DNA of 64,000 nt from Saprolegnia diclina VS20 (Eukaryota). Positions 46,987-58,682 of this stretch are shown here, one piece after another. Location: NCBI RefSeq assembly GCF_000281045.1, contig NW_008246104.1:222557-286556 (forward strand), read 5' to 3'. Position 1 is the first letter of the stretch, and each line of letters starts with the position of its first letter. The notes below the pieces were generated by a model, which saw nothing but the letters and a program-made list of their open reading frames with translations, ran no database searches and had not been told where the DNA came from. The translations under genes were made by a program, and so were the position numbers.

Positions 46987-48357
46987 CGTAAGTCCAATGT
47001 GAAAATGATGACCTCGAGGCAGCTCGCTTGGTCTCAGTGGGAGTGGTATAAGAGGCCGGTCGCACACGATTTGTCGGCTACACTGTGTCGCACGGCCAGC
47101 TGTTGGAGCGTCATGGGTGGAGCAACGACTACAGAGTCGGTCGATCACCACGCACGAATTGCAGCTACGCGAGCTCATCAAACCAAAGTCGAGGTCGGCG
47201 ACTAGGACGCAGAGTTGATGGTCTACCGACTCTGTCGAGTGCGAGCTACGGCCATCGCGCAGCAGCGTCCAAGCGTCCGCAGATCGTTTGTACACGTAGT
47301 GCCAGATGGCGAACTCTCTCCGGTGGCGCGTACGACGTGCATATCGCTCTCGGTTTCTCCGGCGCCTCTGCAGCCATCATTCGGGTATCATCCCAGCTCG
47401 TTGTTGTCGCTCGAAACAAGCTACTGCGGATCGATGGTATCGAGAGAGCGTTGAGGCGGCGTGGAGCGCACACCGCCGAGCACCTCCGACCCGCCAAGAA
47501 TAATGAGCTTCATGTAGAATGGACAGCTACGTACATATTGCTATCTGCGTGCAGGATCCGCACCAAAGTCCAAGTCGGTGGTGCTGCAGACAGAGCCGGT
47601 TGTGACGAACGCTCGCATCCCCTTCGCTATCATTGGCGTCGGAACTCTGCAACAAATATGTGTCAACCACGAGACAGAACAACGCAGTGACGACTGGACA
47701 GGCTGGTTGTTGAAGGGAGGCGATGGAGATATGATCCCACTGAACGGGCTTGGTTGGACTTTCGACTTGAGCTAGACGGGAGCCGCGGCGAGGCTTTGCC
47801 GTGTTAAAGGTGATGCGTATGGCAAGCCGGGACGAGATGGTCGCGAAGCCAGGCGTCGTGGCGCAGGGCGTCCATCGTGTGGAAGAGGCTAGGCTATTGA
47901 GCAGCAAGTGGGACGTTGCAGCTGGATCAAGAGCGCAGCGCGGGTGGCCACCTCGGGACGGAAGACGCGGTCGTCAGACAGTGTGCAGCACACAGGCTCG
48001 TAGGATCGGCCACACCATACGCCCGACATACCAGCATTTCCCACCTCGATAAACATGTAAACTTCCACCAAAGGACGCAATTCTGGCCTCATCCTCGGTC
48101 GGTCCAGTCGGCCGTTCAGCATGTTCAGTCGAAGTCGACCAGTAGACGCGCACCCACAGGCCTCGTAGCACGGCTGGCCTCGACGATACCGAAGGCCATT
48201 ATCGTGGAGCTCCACTGTGGGCTACATCCCGCATCATTTTCAGACGCTCGCCTTACACGGTTGAAACCACTCTGTGGCTCTTTCGCTCGGTCGCGATTCC
48301 GATATTTTGACAATCAAAAGAGCCCAAAAGCTCCGTGTTGTACTATCTTGTACGAAT

Positions 48358-50062
48358 TTACGTCCACGAAAGCAGCTTCTCGAGCGCTTCGAGGTCGTCG
48401 GCCGGCGCCATGACGATCTCCTTCTCGTAGTAGTTTTCAATCTCGGCCAAGTCGCGCTTCGACTTGTTGTCGTGCACAAAGTTGATGGCGGCGCCCTTCC
48501 GGCCAAAGCGACCGGTACGGCCGATGCGATGGAGGTACGTCTCCGGGTCCTAATGCATACGATCGCCGCTCAGATATCTATAAGCCGGTATCAAGACTGC
48601 GTACCGGCTGGTTCTCGCGGTTGACGGGAATGTCAAAGTTGACAACGAGCGAGACACCGAGCACATCAATGCCGCGTGCAAGCACGTTGGTCGTGATGAG
48701 CACCTTGGTCGTGCCAAGGCGGAACTCGTCGAGGACTTTATCGCGGACCTCCAGGGCCATGTCGGCGCCGTGGAGGATCCCGCACGAGTGGCCCTTCTCG
48801 CGCATGCTGGCCGTGAGCTTCTTGGCGGTTTCGCGCGACTGCACGAAAATGACGCTCTTGCCGACGTTGAGGAGGCCAAAGAGGTCCGAGAGCACGTCGT
48901 ACTTGTGGGCTTGCGACTTGCAGTCGATCCAAAACTGCTTGATGCCGTCGAGCGACAGCTTTTCCTTCTTGACCGTGATGATGTTGTGGTTGGGCACGAG
49001 CTTCTCGGCAAACTCGCGCACGTCATCCGCGTACGTGGCCGAGAACAAGAGCATTTGGCAGTTGGGGTTGCGGATCTGCCTACAAGACGATAAGACTCGA
49101 GTTGGTGCCGCAATAAGATCTACTTTTTGATCGCGAGCGACCGGTCGCGCATGCCCGACTCGTCGATCATCACGTCGGCTTCGTCCAACACAAAGATCTT
49201 GAGGTCCTTGAGGTCGAGCTGGCGACGCTTGATGAGGCTCTCGATCCGCCCGGGCGTGCCAATGACGATCTGGGCCGTGACCGACTGGCCCTTCTCGAGC
49301 TCGTTGCCTGGCACGGCGAGGAAGGTTTCAATGTCGCAAAACTTGCCCATGATGGTCGCGACGGCCATGATCTGACGGGCGAGCTCGCGCGTCGGCGCGA
49401 GGCAGAGCGACTGCGGCTTCTTCTGGTTCGCATCGATCGACGCGCGGTAGAGCATGCCAAGGACAAACGTTGCCGTCTTGCCACTGCCGCTCTGCGCTTG
49501 GCCAATGAGGTTCTCGGGCGGGCTACAAAGACGCATAAGAACATGATGGTCATCGCGGAGCACAGACTTGGAGAGGATCATGGGCAGCGCGACCGACTGG
49601 ATCTTCGAGGGCTTGGTAAACTTCATCGCGTACACGCCCTTGAGCAAGTTCTCGGGGCTACAAGGTGTGTATGAGCATGGTTGTAGGCGCATATCGAGGT
49701 ACAGGTTGAGCTCTTCGAACGTCACGGCTGAGTACAAGTTGGTGTTCGGGTCGTTTTGCAGCACCTAGCGTACACGTCGCATCAAGCGGCTCGAGGCAAT
49801 GGTGGTGGCGCATACATGCAGCTCGTCCGTGTACTCTTGGTCGTCGAGGCCCTGGCCCATGGCCATGATGTGCTCGAGCGTGTTGGCAATGTCGTCTGTG
49901 GCAATGCGTCCATAGGAGGTTCGCCCATCAGGATGCATGGAGCGTACCAGTGTTGAAGGCGTCGGACTCGGCCTCCGCGGGGGCGGCCGGCGGCGTGGCG
50001 GCGTCGGCGGCCGGAACGGGCGCGTCGGCAGGCGGCGGGACTTCGGTAGCAGGGGACGACAT
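48358..50062 (-). CDS. DBP5: DEAD-box RNA helicase DDX19/Dbp5 (mRNA export); spliced
   Basis: LYSAVTFEEL, KPSKIQ, QAQSGSGKT, APTRELA, GTPGR, LDEAD, LFSAT, TNVLARGID, YLHRIGRTGRFGRKG. Confidence 0.95.
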
Positions 50063-51326
50063 GCTCACGCACTCTCTTCCTTTGAATTGGAGCCCACGGT
50101 TCAAATTCATCCTCATCCGGATACCTTCCGGACGTACTGCTCAAGGCAATTCGCGCATGAATGATGGTCGGCCACAACAACAGCCAATCACGTGGCGCCG
50201 CCAGGCAGAGCCGCCCCGTCCCGCCATGCTGCCGTTGGCCTGCCATGGATGGTGGTGGTGGCGACAGCACCTCAAACTCGCTGCTTGCGAGGAACCGTAC
50301 TGGGATACATGATTCGCCTATCTAGTGTCCTCGTGGAAGCATGGCGACCCCTGGTAGCGGTCAAGCGCACACAAGTGCAGTGTGCAACTTGGCCATCCAG
50401 GTTACGGTGCGGCCACTCGCCACGACTTTATCAGACGCGGTATCGCTCCCGTAGCATCATCTACTACTAGCAGTCTTACTTGCACAGCGCTGGTATATCC
50501 TGAAGACGGCAAGGACATCGTCGATTGTAGTACCGAAGGGAATCATACCTTGGTTGTAGCAGTGCAGAGCGCAGAAGCAAGCACGAGCGACGTTCAAGGC
50601 AGCGACAACTCCCTTCGCCTTCGGATTCGCGCTGACCTCTAGCGTAGCTTTGGATCAGCTCGCAATTCGATGGAGGAGACGACGATAGAAATCTCTTGCC
50701 CTTGGTTGACTGGCACAACAAGGAGCTCAACGCCAAGGTACCCAGTGACACCTGGACCTTGCAGATCTTCTGAAGTCCCTTCTCTCGCATTGAGTTGCTC
50801 GTGTTGCAGCACCCCAAAATCTAGCGAGATTGATCACCATTGATAACGTAACACGCACCGTTCAGCATGAAACGACGTGCAGCTTGTCATTTGGCGACAC
50901 TGCAAAAACCAGCTCCGTGCGAACGACCGTCCGAATGACCCTGCACAGGCCGCTGCATCTCAAGCCCACCGACATTGTACGTAGTAATCTTCTGGCGTCC
51001 AACCAGTCCAAGCACGATACTCGCGTGAGCGCAGGACTTGGTGCAATGACGCTGCTAGCACCATGTGATTCTTCTCGTTTTGCAAGACGTACTGCCCGTC
51101 ACTGCGGCGTGCCAAAGCCTCGTGCTAGGTAGGCTCCATCGTCGGCAGCTCGAAACAATGTTTTTTCCAGGGCGGCGCTGAGCGGAGCTTCGCGGCCCTT
51201 CCAGCAGCTCGGTGGCGCAGCGTCGCATGCCAGCTGTTTGTATATGCACTTGCGATTGGCCTCGCAATCCCAAGCTCGCGTAATGATGGAAATGGACCGT
51301 GGACCATTCCGCAAAATCCAAATTCC

Positions 51327-52262
51327 ATGGCCGAGATCGCCCCGAGCGTCGACAAGCACTTGGCGCCGCCGCATCATGTGCTCCTCGAGACACCCACATC
51401 GGACCGTTTCGTCGACATGAACTGTCCTTCCATGCACCTGCAGGCGGTCGACGACGACGACAACAACCATGACGAGCCCGCGTCCGGCGCCATGCGCTGG
51501 CTGCGCGGGTACGTGGCCAAGATACGCGGGCGCGACGACCTGCCCGCGCTCAAGGAGGTCAACCCGTCCCTCGAGTTCTTTGTCTGCGACCGCAAGACGC
51601 TGCCGGCGTTGGCCAAGGTGCCGGACCTGGCGTCCAAGAAGGCACGCGTGCTGTGGTGGTCGTTTCTGAGCAGCTTTGTCGGGATCGCGATCCTCGCGGC
51701 GATGCAGTACAGCGCGAGCATCTACCTCTACCCGTCCGACCAAAAGGTCACGACGCTCATCGGGTCGTTTGGCGCCATGTCCATCCTCGTCTTTGGCGCC
51801 GTTGAAGCGCCGCTCGCGCAGCCCCGGGTACAAGACAATTATATTGTCGTATTGCCGATCTGAGTGGACACTGTAGAATGCAATTTTGGGCAATACGCTC
51901 TCGGCGTTTATTGGCGTCGCGATCGCCAAGGTGCTCTACACGGCGACCAACATTGACGAGTACATGTGGGTCGCCTGCGCGCTCTCCGTGTCGCTCTCGA
52001 TGGTCGCCATGCAGCTCACCGACACGGTGCACCCGCCCGGCGGCGCCACCGCGCTCATCGCTGTCACGTCGGGCCAAGACATTCAGAACCTCGGCTTCTT
52101 TTACGCCGTGTTTCCCGTCTTTGTCGGCAGCTGCATTCTTGTCGGGGTATATGCCGATCGCCATCTGTCCTTCCAACTATAATCTCACGCTGTGTGTAGG
52201 TCAGCGTCATTTTCAACAACATTGAGCGCCAATTCCCGCGCTACTGGCTCATTAGCACCTAA
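51327..52262 (+). CDS. HPP-family membrane protein, copy 1; spliced
   Basis: LIGSFGAMSILVFG...APLAQPR|NAILGNTLSA...TDTVHPPGGATAL...RQFPRYW. Confidence 0.92.
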
Positions 52263-52595
52263 CCCTCTAACGCTAAGCTTATCTCTCCCCCATCAAATTG
52301 GACTTGGACTGGACAGTTTGATCAACAACAGGCCACTCCGATATCCTAGTAAGACGCGTTGAGCCAGACGTTGTGGGCGTACTACTGGAACCTGATATGG
52401 GAGCATCAAATGCACGCAGCCACACCGTATCGCTCGGCTGGTCGCCGATTCTTCTACTTGCTCTGCGCTCCACCACTGCTTGTCGACATCGGAAGAGACT
52501 GATAGATGCTGGTACTCTACAAATGTAATAGATGGGAGATAGTATGCGGCTGAAGGACAATAGTGTACACGGGAAAAGGTATGATATTTTTGACG

Positions 52596-53493
52596 CTAGT
52601 AGTCGCGGGCAATTGCGACGCCGCCTTTGGAGAGCAGCTCAATGTCCTTCTCGAGCTGCGTGAGCTCCTTCTCGTACGTTTCCTTTCGCCGCACTTTGCC
52701 CTGCGTGTCGAACGACACGTTGTGGCACAGCTTTTGATATTTCTGGTTGACGTGGTCCCACTTGGCCTTGAGCGCTGCGATGAGCTTGGCGCGCTCGTCG
52801 TCGTCCATGGGCTCGACCTTGGGCTCTTGGTCGGCGAGAATATTTTTGTTTTGACGCACAAACTCTTCGATCATTTCGTTCTCTTGCTCAATCTCTTGCT
52901 TGACCTCGCCGAGGTACTCGGGCACCTACGTCTCGCGTGACTCGTCAAGTTCATATGATAGCGAGGTTGTACCTTGCCAAAGTCGGGCTTGTGGCGGTAG
53001 ACAGGCGGCTCCTTCTTGGCGCGGGCGCGGTTGCCAGGCACGTCAAGAATGGCCTCGACCGCGTTGGCCGTGATAAAGTTCTTGGACGTCTTGAGACCCA
53101 TGACGGGCTTCTCGTCGGCCTTGACAACGGCCGCCTTCTTGAGACCAGTATAGTTGAATCGGGTAGCTACATACAAAAATGGCATTTTGACCATCGACAT
53201 GACATATTTTGTGTACGCTTGGACTCTGGCATTTTGCACTTGGACTGTTTCTTGATAAAGTCCTTTGGGTTGGGCTGCTCGTGGAGCTTCCCAAACGTCT
53301 TGGCTTGCTCCGGCGGGCTCTTGGGCTTCTCAGGCCCAAGGTTGGACCCGAGGAGCTTGGTCTTGCCGTGGAGGCCAAACGTCGACGCCGTTGGCTGCGT
53401 CTGCGGGTCGTGCGTCGAGTGGTATCGCTTGGGCTTCTCGGGCACGACGACCACCTTGGGAATGAGGTTGTAGATGCACTCTTCCCGCTGCAT
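52596..53493 (-). CDS. ENKUR: Enkurin (flagellar/axonemal protein); 2 introns
   Basis: ECIYNLIP...KPKRYHS...ASTFG, KNFITANAVEAI, DFGKVPEYL, LKAKWDHVNQKYQKL...RKETYEKELTQLEKDIELL. Confidence 0.9.
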
Positions 53494-53786
53494 CCTTCGC
53501 TCCTCTCTCTTGCTGGCGGCACGAACCAAAGTGGCGTTGCAGCTATTTCAAGCCTTGAACCGCAAGGCCAGGTATTTTTAGACGCATCCGTAGCGTGCCA
53601 CGTCATGCCGGATCCCAGCCGCAGCGAGGATGTCCGTGGCGGTGGCAGCAGACAGACGCAGCATGTTCATAGCCCCCGATGGACGATTGACGATTTTGCA
53701 AAGCGACAACGAAGGCACGTCGCCGTCGACTCCGTCCGCCGAGGGATCTACAAGCCGTTTCTTCGTTACGGCAACACGCGAGGAGC

Positions 53787-54617
53787 ATGCTGTGGCGGAG
53801 TGGCAAGCAGTACGTCGCCAAGATGCGAGGTATCGACGACCTTGCGCGGCTCAAGGAGGTCAACCCTGCCTTGGACATGCTTCTCTGCGACCGAAAGATC
53901 ATGGCCGCGCGGGCCCAAGACGCGACGCTCGGGCAAGCAAAGCGCCGGATCCTACTCTGGTCTTTTGTGAGCTGCTTCCTCGGCATTTCGCTTCTCAGTC
54001 TGCTGCAGTACAACACGCGTCTATACCTCTACCCGAGCGACATCAAGGTACGCTTGGCACTGAAGCTCAAAGGATCACAACGTGTAGGCCACGAGCTTGG
54101 TTGGGTCGTTTGGTGCGACCGCCGTCCTCGTCTTTGGCGGCGTCGACGCGCCATTCGCCCAGCCTCGGGTAGAGGAGACTGCATCTCCTTCGTAGCAGCT
54201 TCTCACGGTCAAGTGTAGAGTATCATTGGCGGGCACGTGCTCTCGGCCACGATCGGCGTGAGTATCGCCAAGGCGAACCTGAGCGGCGACTACATGTGGC
54301 TCGCCTGCGCGCTCGCCGTGTCGCTTTCCTTGGTCGCCATGCAGCTCACCGACACGATGCACCCGCCTGGCGGCGCGACGGCCCTCCTCGCCGTCATCTC
54401 GCCGCCGGCGGTGCGCAACCTCGGTTTCTTCTACGTCGTCTCGCCCATCTTGATTGGCAGCTGCGTACTCGTGGCGGTGCATCCCTTGCAAGCATGCACA
54501 CGGAGCTCATGCAACGACGGATTCTAGGTCAGCGTCCTTGTCAACAACGTACAGCGCCAATACCCGCGGTACTGGCTTCGTGCAGCGTACGTCGACCGAG
54601 AAGGAGGCCATCGATAA
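53787..54617 (+). CDS. HPP-family membrane protein, copy 2; spliced (true start may lie further upstream)
   Basis: YVAKMRGIDDLARLKEVNP..., VGSFGATAVLVFG...APFAQPR, TDTMHPPGGATAL, RQYPRYW. Clear paralogue of copy 1. Confidence 0.85.
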
Positions 54618-54715
54618 GCTCATGTCGCCTGCCAGGTAGCTGCTCGAGGCAAGTACAAGAGACACTGCGTCGTGCGAGAAGAAAGTACATTTCACGCGCT
54701 TCAACACGAGCAGAT

Positions 54716-55654
54716 TTAAAAAACGATCGTGTCGAGCATCGCGCCAAGGCACTGTACCGTGTTGAGCGCCATGAGGTCGTAGACGTCCGACTCGAGGTGC
54801 TTCTTCGGGTCGACCTTGCCGACGTTGAGCACGACGAGTTCGTCAGCAGTCTTTTCGTCTTCCTCCTGGACGCGCTCGTTGTACTGCTTGGTGAGCTTGA
54901 GCATGCGCTCGACCATCTCTTCGTTCTTGGCCGAGTGCGCTTCGAACGGCGTCAAGACAAGGCCGTCGCTCCATGTGTTCTTGTGCAGGTTCATGAGCAT
55001 TTGCTCCTCGAGCTCGTTCTTGCGGTAGTCGATCGCAATCGAGTAGTAGTGGCGGTTGAGGCCATGGATGAGCGCTTGGATGCTGGGCTTGTTGAGGTGG
55101 CCAATGTTGGACGTCGTCTGGCGCGGCTCTTGGCCGAGCATCATGAGCTGCGGGTTGATCAAGCGGAACGCGTCAATGACGACCTTGCCCTTCACACTCT
55201 GAATCGGGTCAATGACGATACTCACGGCGCGCGCGTTCAGTGCCTCGAACGACTGCTGCGTGTTGATGTCGACGCCCGAGAGCCAGCAGCCGAAGCCGGG
55301 GTGACTGTGGTACCAGCCGACGACCATCTCGGCGCGGCCCGTCTGCTTGAGCATGTCGAGCATCTTGGTCTGGAAGACCGGGTCCACAGCCTCGACGCTC
55401 ACGCCCGTGCCACTCTGCGGCATCGCAAACACGTCCAAGCACACGACCGTGTAGTCGTCAACGAACTCCCCGAGCATGAGGCCCATGACCTCCATGGGCA
55501 CGCCGGCGCGGCCATGCTTGAGCATCTTGAGGAGCGCCAGAGACGAGATATGGACCTTCTCGGCCGTGTCGACCGCGGGTCCATCGTTGGCGCCGCCCAT
55601 GCCATGGCCCTGCATGCCAGGGAGGTTGCCGAACAAGCGCTGCAAGCGGTCCAT
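54716..55654 (-). CDS. RPN11: 26S proteasome regulatory subunit Rpn11/PSMD14 (JAMM deubiquitinase)
   Basis: MDRLQRL...[29 protein letters not shown]...[18 protein letters not shown]. Confidence 0.98.
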   Translation of the reverse strand: MDRLQRLFGNLPGMQGHGMGGANDGPAVDTAEKVHISSLALLKMLKHGRAGVPMEVMGLMLGEFVDDYTVVCLDVFAMPQSGTGVSVEAVDPVFQTKMLDMLKQTGRAEMVVGWYHSHPGFGCWLSGVDINTQQSFEALNARAVSIVIDPIQSVKGKVVIDAFRLINPQLMMLGQEPRQTTSNIGHLNKPSIQALIHGLNRHYYSIAIDYRKNELEEQMLMNLHKNTWSDGLVLTPFEAHSAKNEEMVERMLKLTKQYNERVQEEDEKTADELVVLNVGKVDPKKHLESDVYDLMALNTVQCLGAMLDTIVF

Positions 55655-56346
55655 CGTCGACGCTTTGCTTTCGTAAAGAATGTGGGGTTGCAGCAAAAAT
55701 CTATTGCAGCCAAAATCGCCGCTTGCAATTGGCTAAAAAACAAAAGATTTCAGCCAATCCACATGCAGGCGTCGCCGAAGCTTCGATCTTCCCGTCGGCG
55801 AACATGACAAATCTGAAATGGGCTCAAGAGCTGGCAATGCAACCACACATTAGTGCTTAGATGATCTTGATGCACAGGCAGAGCATTCTACAAGTACTTG
55901 TAGAGTTGAAGCCTAGCAGTGGCTGGAAATAACACAGCGCGACACGCCCACGTCCAAGTTGATGAGGGCCCCTGGAAACACTGGGTCCGCGAAAAGGCGC
56001 GAAGAAGCATGTCTTGTAAGGGCGTTTGGCCAACCCATCCACGACGCAGAAATATTGGTGCTGGAATTGGGAAGGAATTTTCACATTTCGTACCTACATT
56101 CCGCACGAAGAATCTTCTTTGGGTCATCATATCTGGAGAGCTATCTGGAGTTTAATGCTCGCTGTGGCCATCCGACGTGCACAAAATTTAAAACCTTCCT
56201 CCGTGGCACCACCATGATCCATGGATGCTTTGGGTTGTCAATCGAAGATTCAACTGCGCTGATTGGCGGGATCGTTATATCTGCTCGTCTCGGATTGGTT
56301 GGCGAGTTTGCACTTACTTATGGCATTTCAGTTTTCAAATTGCAGC

Positions 56347-58359
56347 ATGGGCAAAGAGACACCCATGGCGCTTACACGCGCCGAGTCTGTCATGATAGCT
56401 TCCTACGTCGTGGACCTCGAGGTCAAGGAGCGTGTCCTCATGGTCACCAAGTGGGCGGCGCGCCAAGTGGTGCTCACGGGCCAAACCCTCGAGGTCATGG
56501 ACGGCGAGAAGCTCAAGTTTGCGTGCAACACGACCTACTGCACGACGCGGCTGCTCGAGCCGCTTGATGCGAGTCGCCTCTTCCCGTTCCAGCTGCTCGA
56601 GCACGGCAAGGTCAAGTTGACGCTCAACGCGCCCACATCGTCGGCCCGCGAAGACTTTTTGTCGCACTTGGAAAAGTCGGTCGTCTCAGACACGTGGGCG
56701 GTCGAGACCAAGGACACGTGGGACTCATTTCTCTCGGTCGCCGTCGCCATAAACGAGAAGAAGACGCTCGAAGGCAAGCTCAGCGTCAAGCCCTCCAACG
56801 TCTCGATCCAACAAGTCACGCAGCACATGCTCGACATGAAGGAGGTGTACGACGTCGTCGCCGGCCTCCCGGATGTCGACAGTCTCTACGAGCTCTTCTT
56901 GAGCCTCGAGCGCGACTACAGCAACGGCGTCTTGGGCAACTTTGCGCACACTGTGCATTTGCTGCATCCCGTTATGTACAGCAAGGGCCTCAAGGCCGGA
57001 ACCCCGCTCGTTGACACTCTCACGCGCTGCCCTCACGTATCGTGCGGCGCGGCGCTGCCCTTGCCCACGGTGTACCTCATGCACATCCGGAGCCAAGCCA
57101 TCAACTGTCCGTCGTGCGGCCGTGGCGTCCTCTACGAGACGTTCAACCTCGCCGCCTTTGTGAAGAACAACCCGTCTTTCACAGTCAACTGCACGCTGCG
57201 CAATGCCGCCGTCGAGTACGTCGTGGCCGTGCCCGACGTGCCTGGCAACGGCACTTGGGCGACGTTCGTCGTGCAGCTGCAGCACAACATTGCTGCTGGC
57301 GCCTCGGCGGCAAGCACGGCGGGCGTGGCGACGATGCGGTCAACCATCCAAGCGGCGGTCAAGGCGTACCGTCAGAACGTTCTCGGGCGCTTCCACCTCG
57401 ACTTGGTCCAAGGCATGTTCCGGCAACTCGATTTTGTCAACAAAATGTGCCCGCATTTCGAGTACTGGACGCATCCCGATGTGATCACTGCGTCGATCAC
57501 GCGCTACGACAAGTTTATGCACCTCATGACGGTCAAGGACCGCNNNNNNNNNNNNNNNNNNNNNNNNNNNNNNNNNNNNNNNNNNNNNNNNNNNNNNNNN
57601 NNNNNNNNNNNNNNNNNNNNNNNNNNNNNNNNNNNNNNNNNNNNNNNNNNNNNNNNNNNNNNNNNNNNNNNNNNNNNNNNNNNNNNNNNNNNNNNNNNNN
57701 NNNNNNNNNNNNNNNNNNNNNNNNNNNNNNNNNNNNNNNNNNNNNNNNNNNNNNNNNNNNNNNNNNNNNNNNNNNNNNNNNNNNNNNNNNNNNNNNNNNN
57801 NNNNNNNNNNNNNNNNNNNNNNNNNNNNNNNNNNNNNNNNNNNNNNNNNNNNNNNNNNNNNNNNNNNNNNNNNNNNNNNNNNNNNNNNNNNNNNNNNNNN
57901 NNNNNNNNNNNNNNNNNNNNNNNNNNNNNNNNNNNNNNNNNNNNNNNNNNNNNNGCCATGCCGTATGCGGTCGCCGTCAATGACGCCAACGCGACCAAGC
58001 CCGAGGCCGACGCGCCGCTGCCCGTCTACGTCACGGTGATTGGCACGCCGGTCATGGACGGTCGCGTGCGCCAGCCGTACTCGCGCCACACGGTCCTCAT
58101 GTACGACGCTGGACTGCCGTACTACTACATGCCCTACATGTACGTGGGCGGCTGTGGTGGCTTTGGCTACTACGGCGTCGGCGGCGGCTGCGGCATCTCG
58201 GGCGCTGCGTACGGTGCGGACGGCGGCTGTGGCACATTTGCGGGCGACGGTGGCTGTGCGTCGGGTGGCTGCGGCGTCGGTGGTTGTGCCGCTGGCGGCT
58301 GCTCGACGGGCTGTGGCGGCGGCGGCGGCTGTGGTGGCTGTGGCGGCTGCGGTGGCTAA
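56347..58359 (+). CDS. PH-like + Zn-ribbon + DUF1399 (GRDP-like) protein with Gly/Cys tail, copy C (inverted near-duplicate of A; spans a gap)
   Basis: MGKETPMALTRAES... near-identical to copy A over long stretches, with the gap at the same position. Confidence 0.85.
   Translation: MGKETPMALTRAESVMIASYVVDLEVKERVLMVTKWAARQVVLTGQTLEVMDGEKLKFACNTTYCTTRLLEPLDASRLFPFQLLEHGKVKLTLNAPTSSAREDFLSHLEKSVVSDTWAVETKDTWDSFLSVAVAINEKKTLEGKLSVKPSNVSIQQVTQHMLDMKEVYDVVAGLPDVDSLYELFLSLERDYSNGVLGNFAHTVHLLHPVMYSKGLKAGTPLVDTLTRCPHVSCGAALPLPTVYLMHIRSQAINCPSCGRGVLYETFNLAAFVKNNPSFTVNCTLRNAAVEYVVAVPDVPGNGTWATFVVQLQHNIAAGASAASTAGVATMRSTIQAAVKAYRQNVLGRFHLDLVQGMFRQLDFVNKMCPHFEYWTHPDVITASITRYDKFMHLMTVKDRXXXXXXXXXXXXXXXXXXXXXXXXXXXXXXXXXXXXXXXXXXXXXXXXXXXXXXXXXXXXXXXXXXXXXXXXXXXXXXXXXXXXXXXXXXXXXXXXXXXXXXXXXXXXXXXXXXXXXXXXXXXXXXXXXXXXXXXXXAMPYAVAVNDANATKPEADAPLPVYVTVIGTPVMDGRVRQPYSRHTVLMYDAGLPYYYMPYMYVGGCGGFGYYGVGGGCGISGAAYGADGGCGTFAGDGGCASGGCGVGGCAAGGCSTGCGGGGGCGGCGGCGG
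57544..57954. other. Assembly gap inside copy C
   Basis: Run of n. Confidence 1.
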
Positions 58360-58682
58360 GTGCATTCTAGCACTTTCAGCGTCGCTGGGTTCGATTCCCA
58401 TGTACGTTAATAATGATGCAAAGTAAGATCTTGTTTGGCGTCGAGAGTTCATCAAGCGGTGCAGGCGAGTGGCAGGCGTAGGGGCTGGCGTAGGGGTAAC
58501 GCAGATAGAGGCTTGTGGCTTCCTTGAGGGAGCGAGGCCCGCAGCCACATTAAGCTCGTGAGTTGCAACACCAATGACCAAGGCGGTATTGGTGTGCTGG
58601 TTCAAAATGGCGCCAAGCCTGTGGTATCCGGATAACGCAGTATTATCCGTACTGGCGACTCGCTGCCATTTTGCCGACCGAG

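Noticed and set aside
46987..47295. N-terminal extension of the 1133-aa ORF
   Set aside because: The signal peptide starts at 46986 and an INR-like CATCATTTTCACATTG lies just upstream, so the extension is probably promoter/UTR.
50450..50830. Fragment NLLPLVDWHNKELNAKV faintly like a MULE-transposase motif
   Set aside because: Too short, stop-interrupted and without TIRs. Cannot be supported without a profile search.
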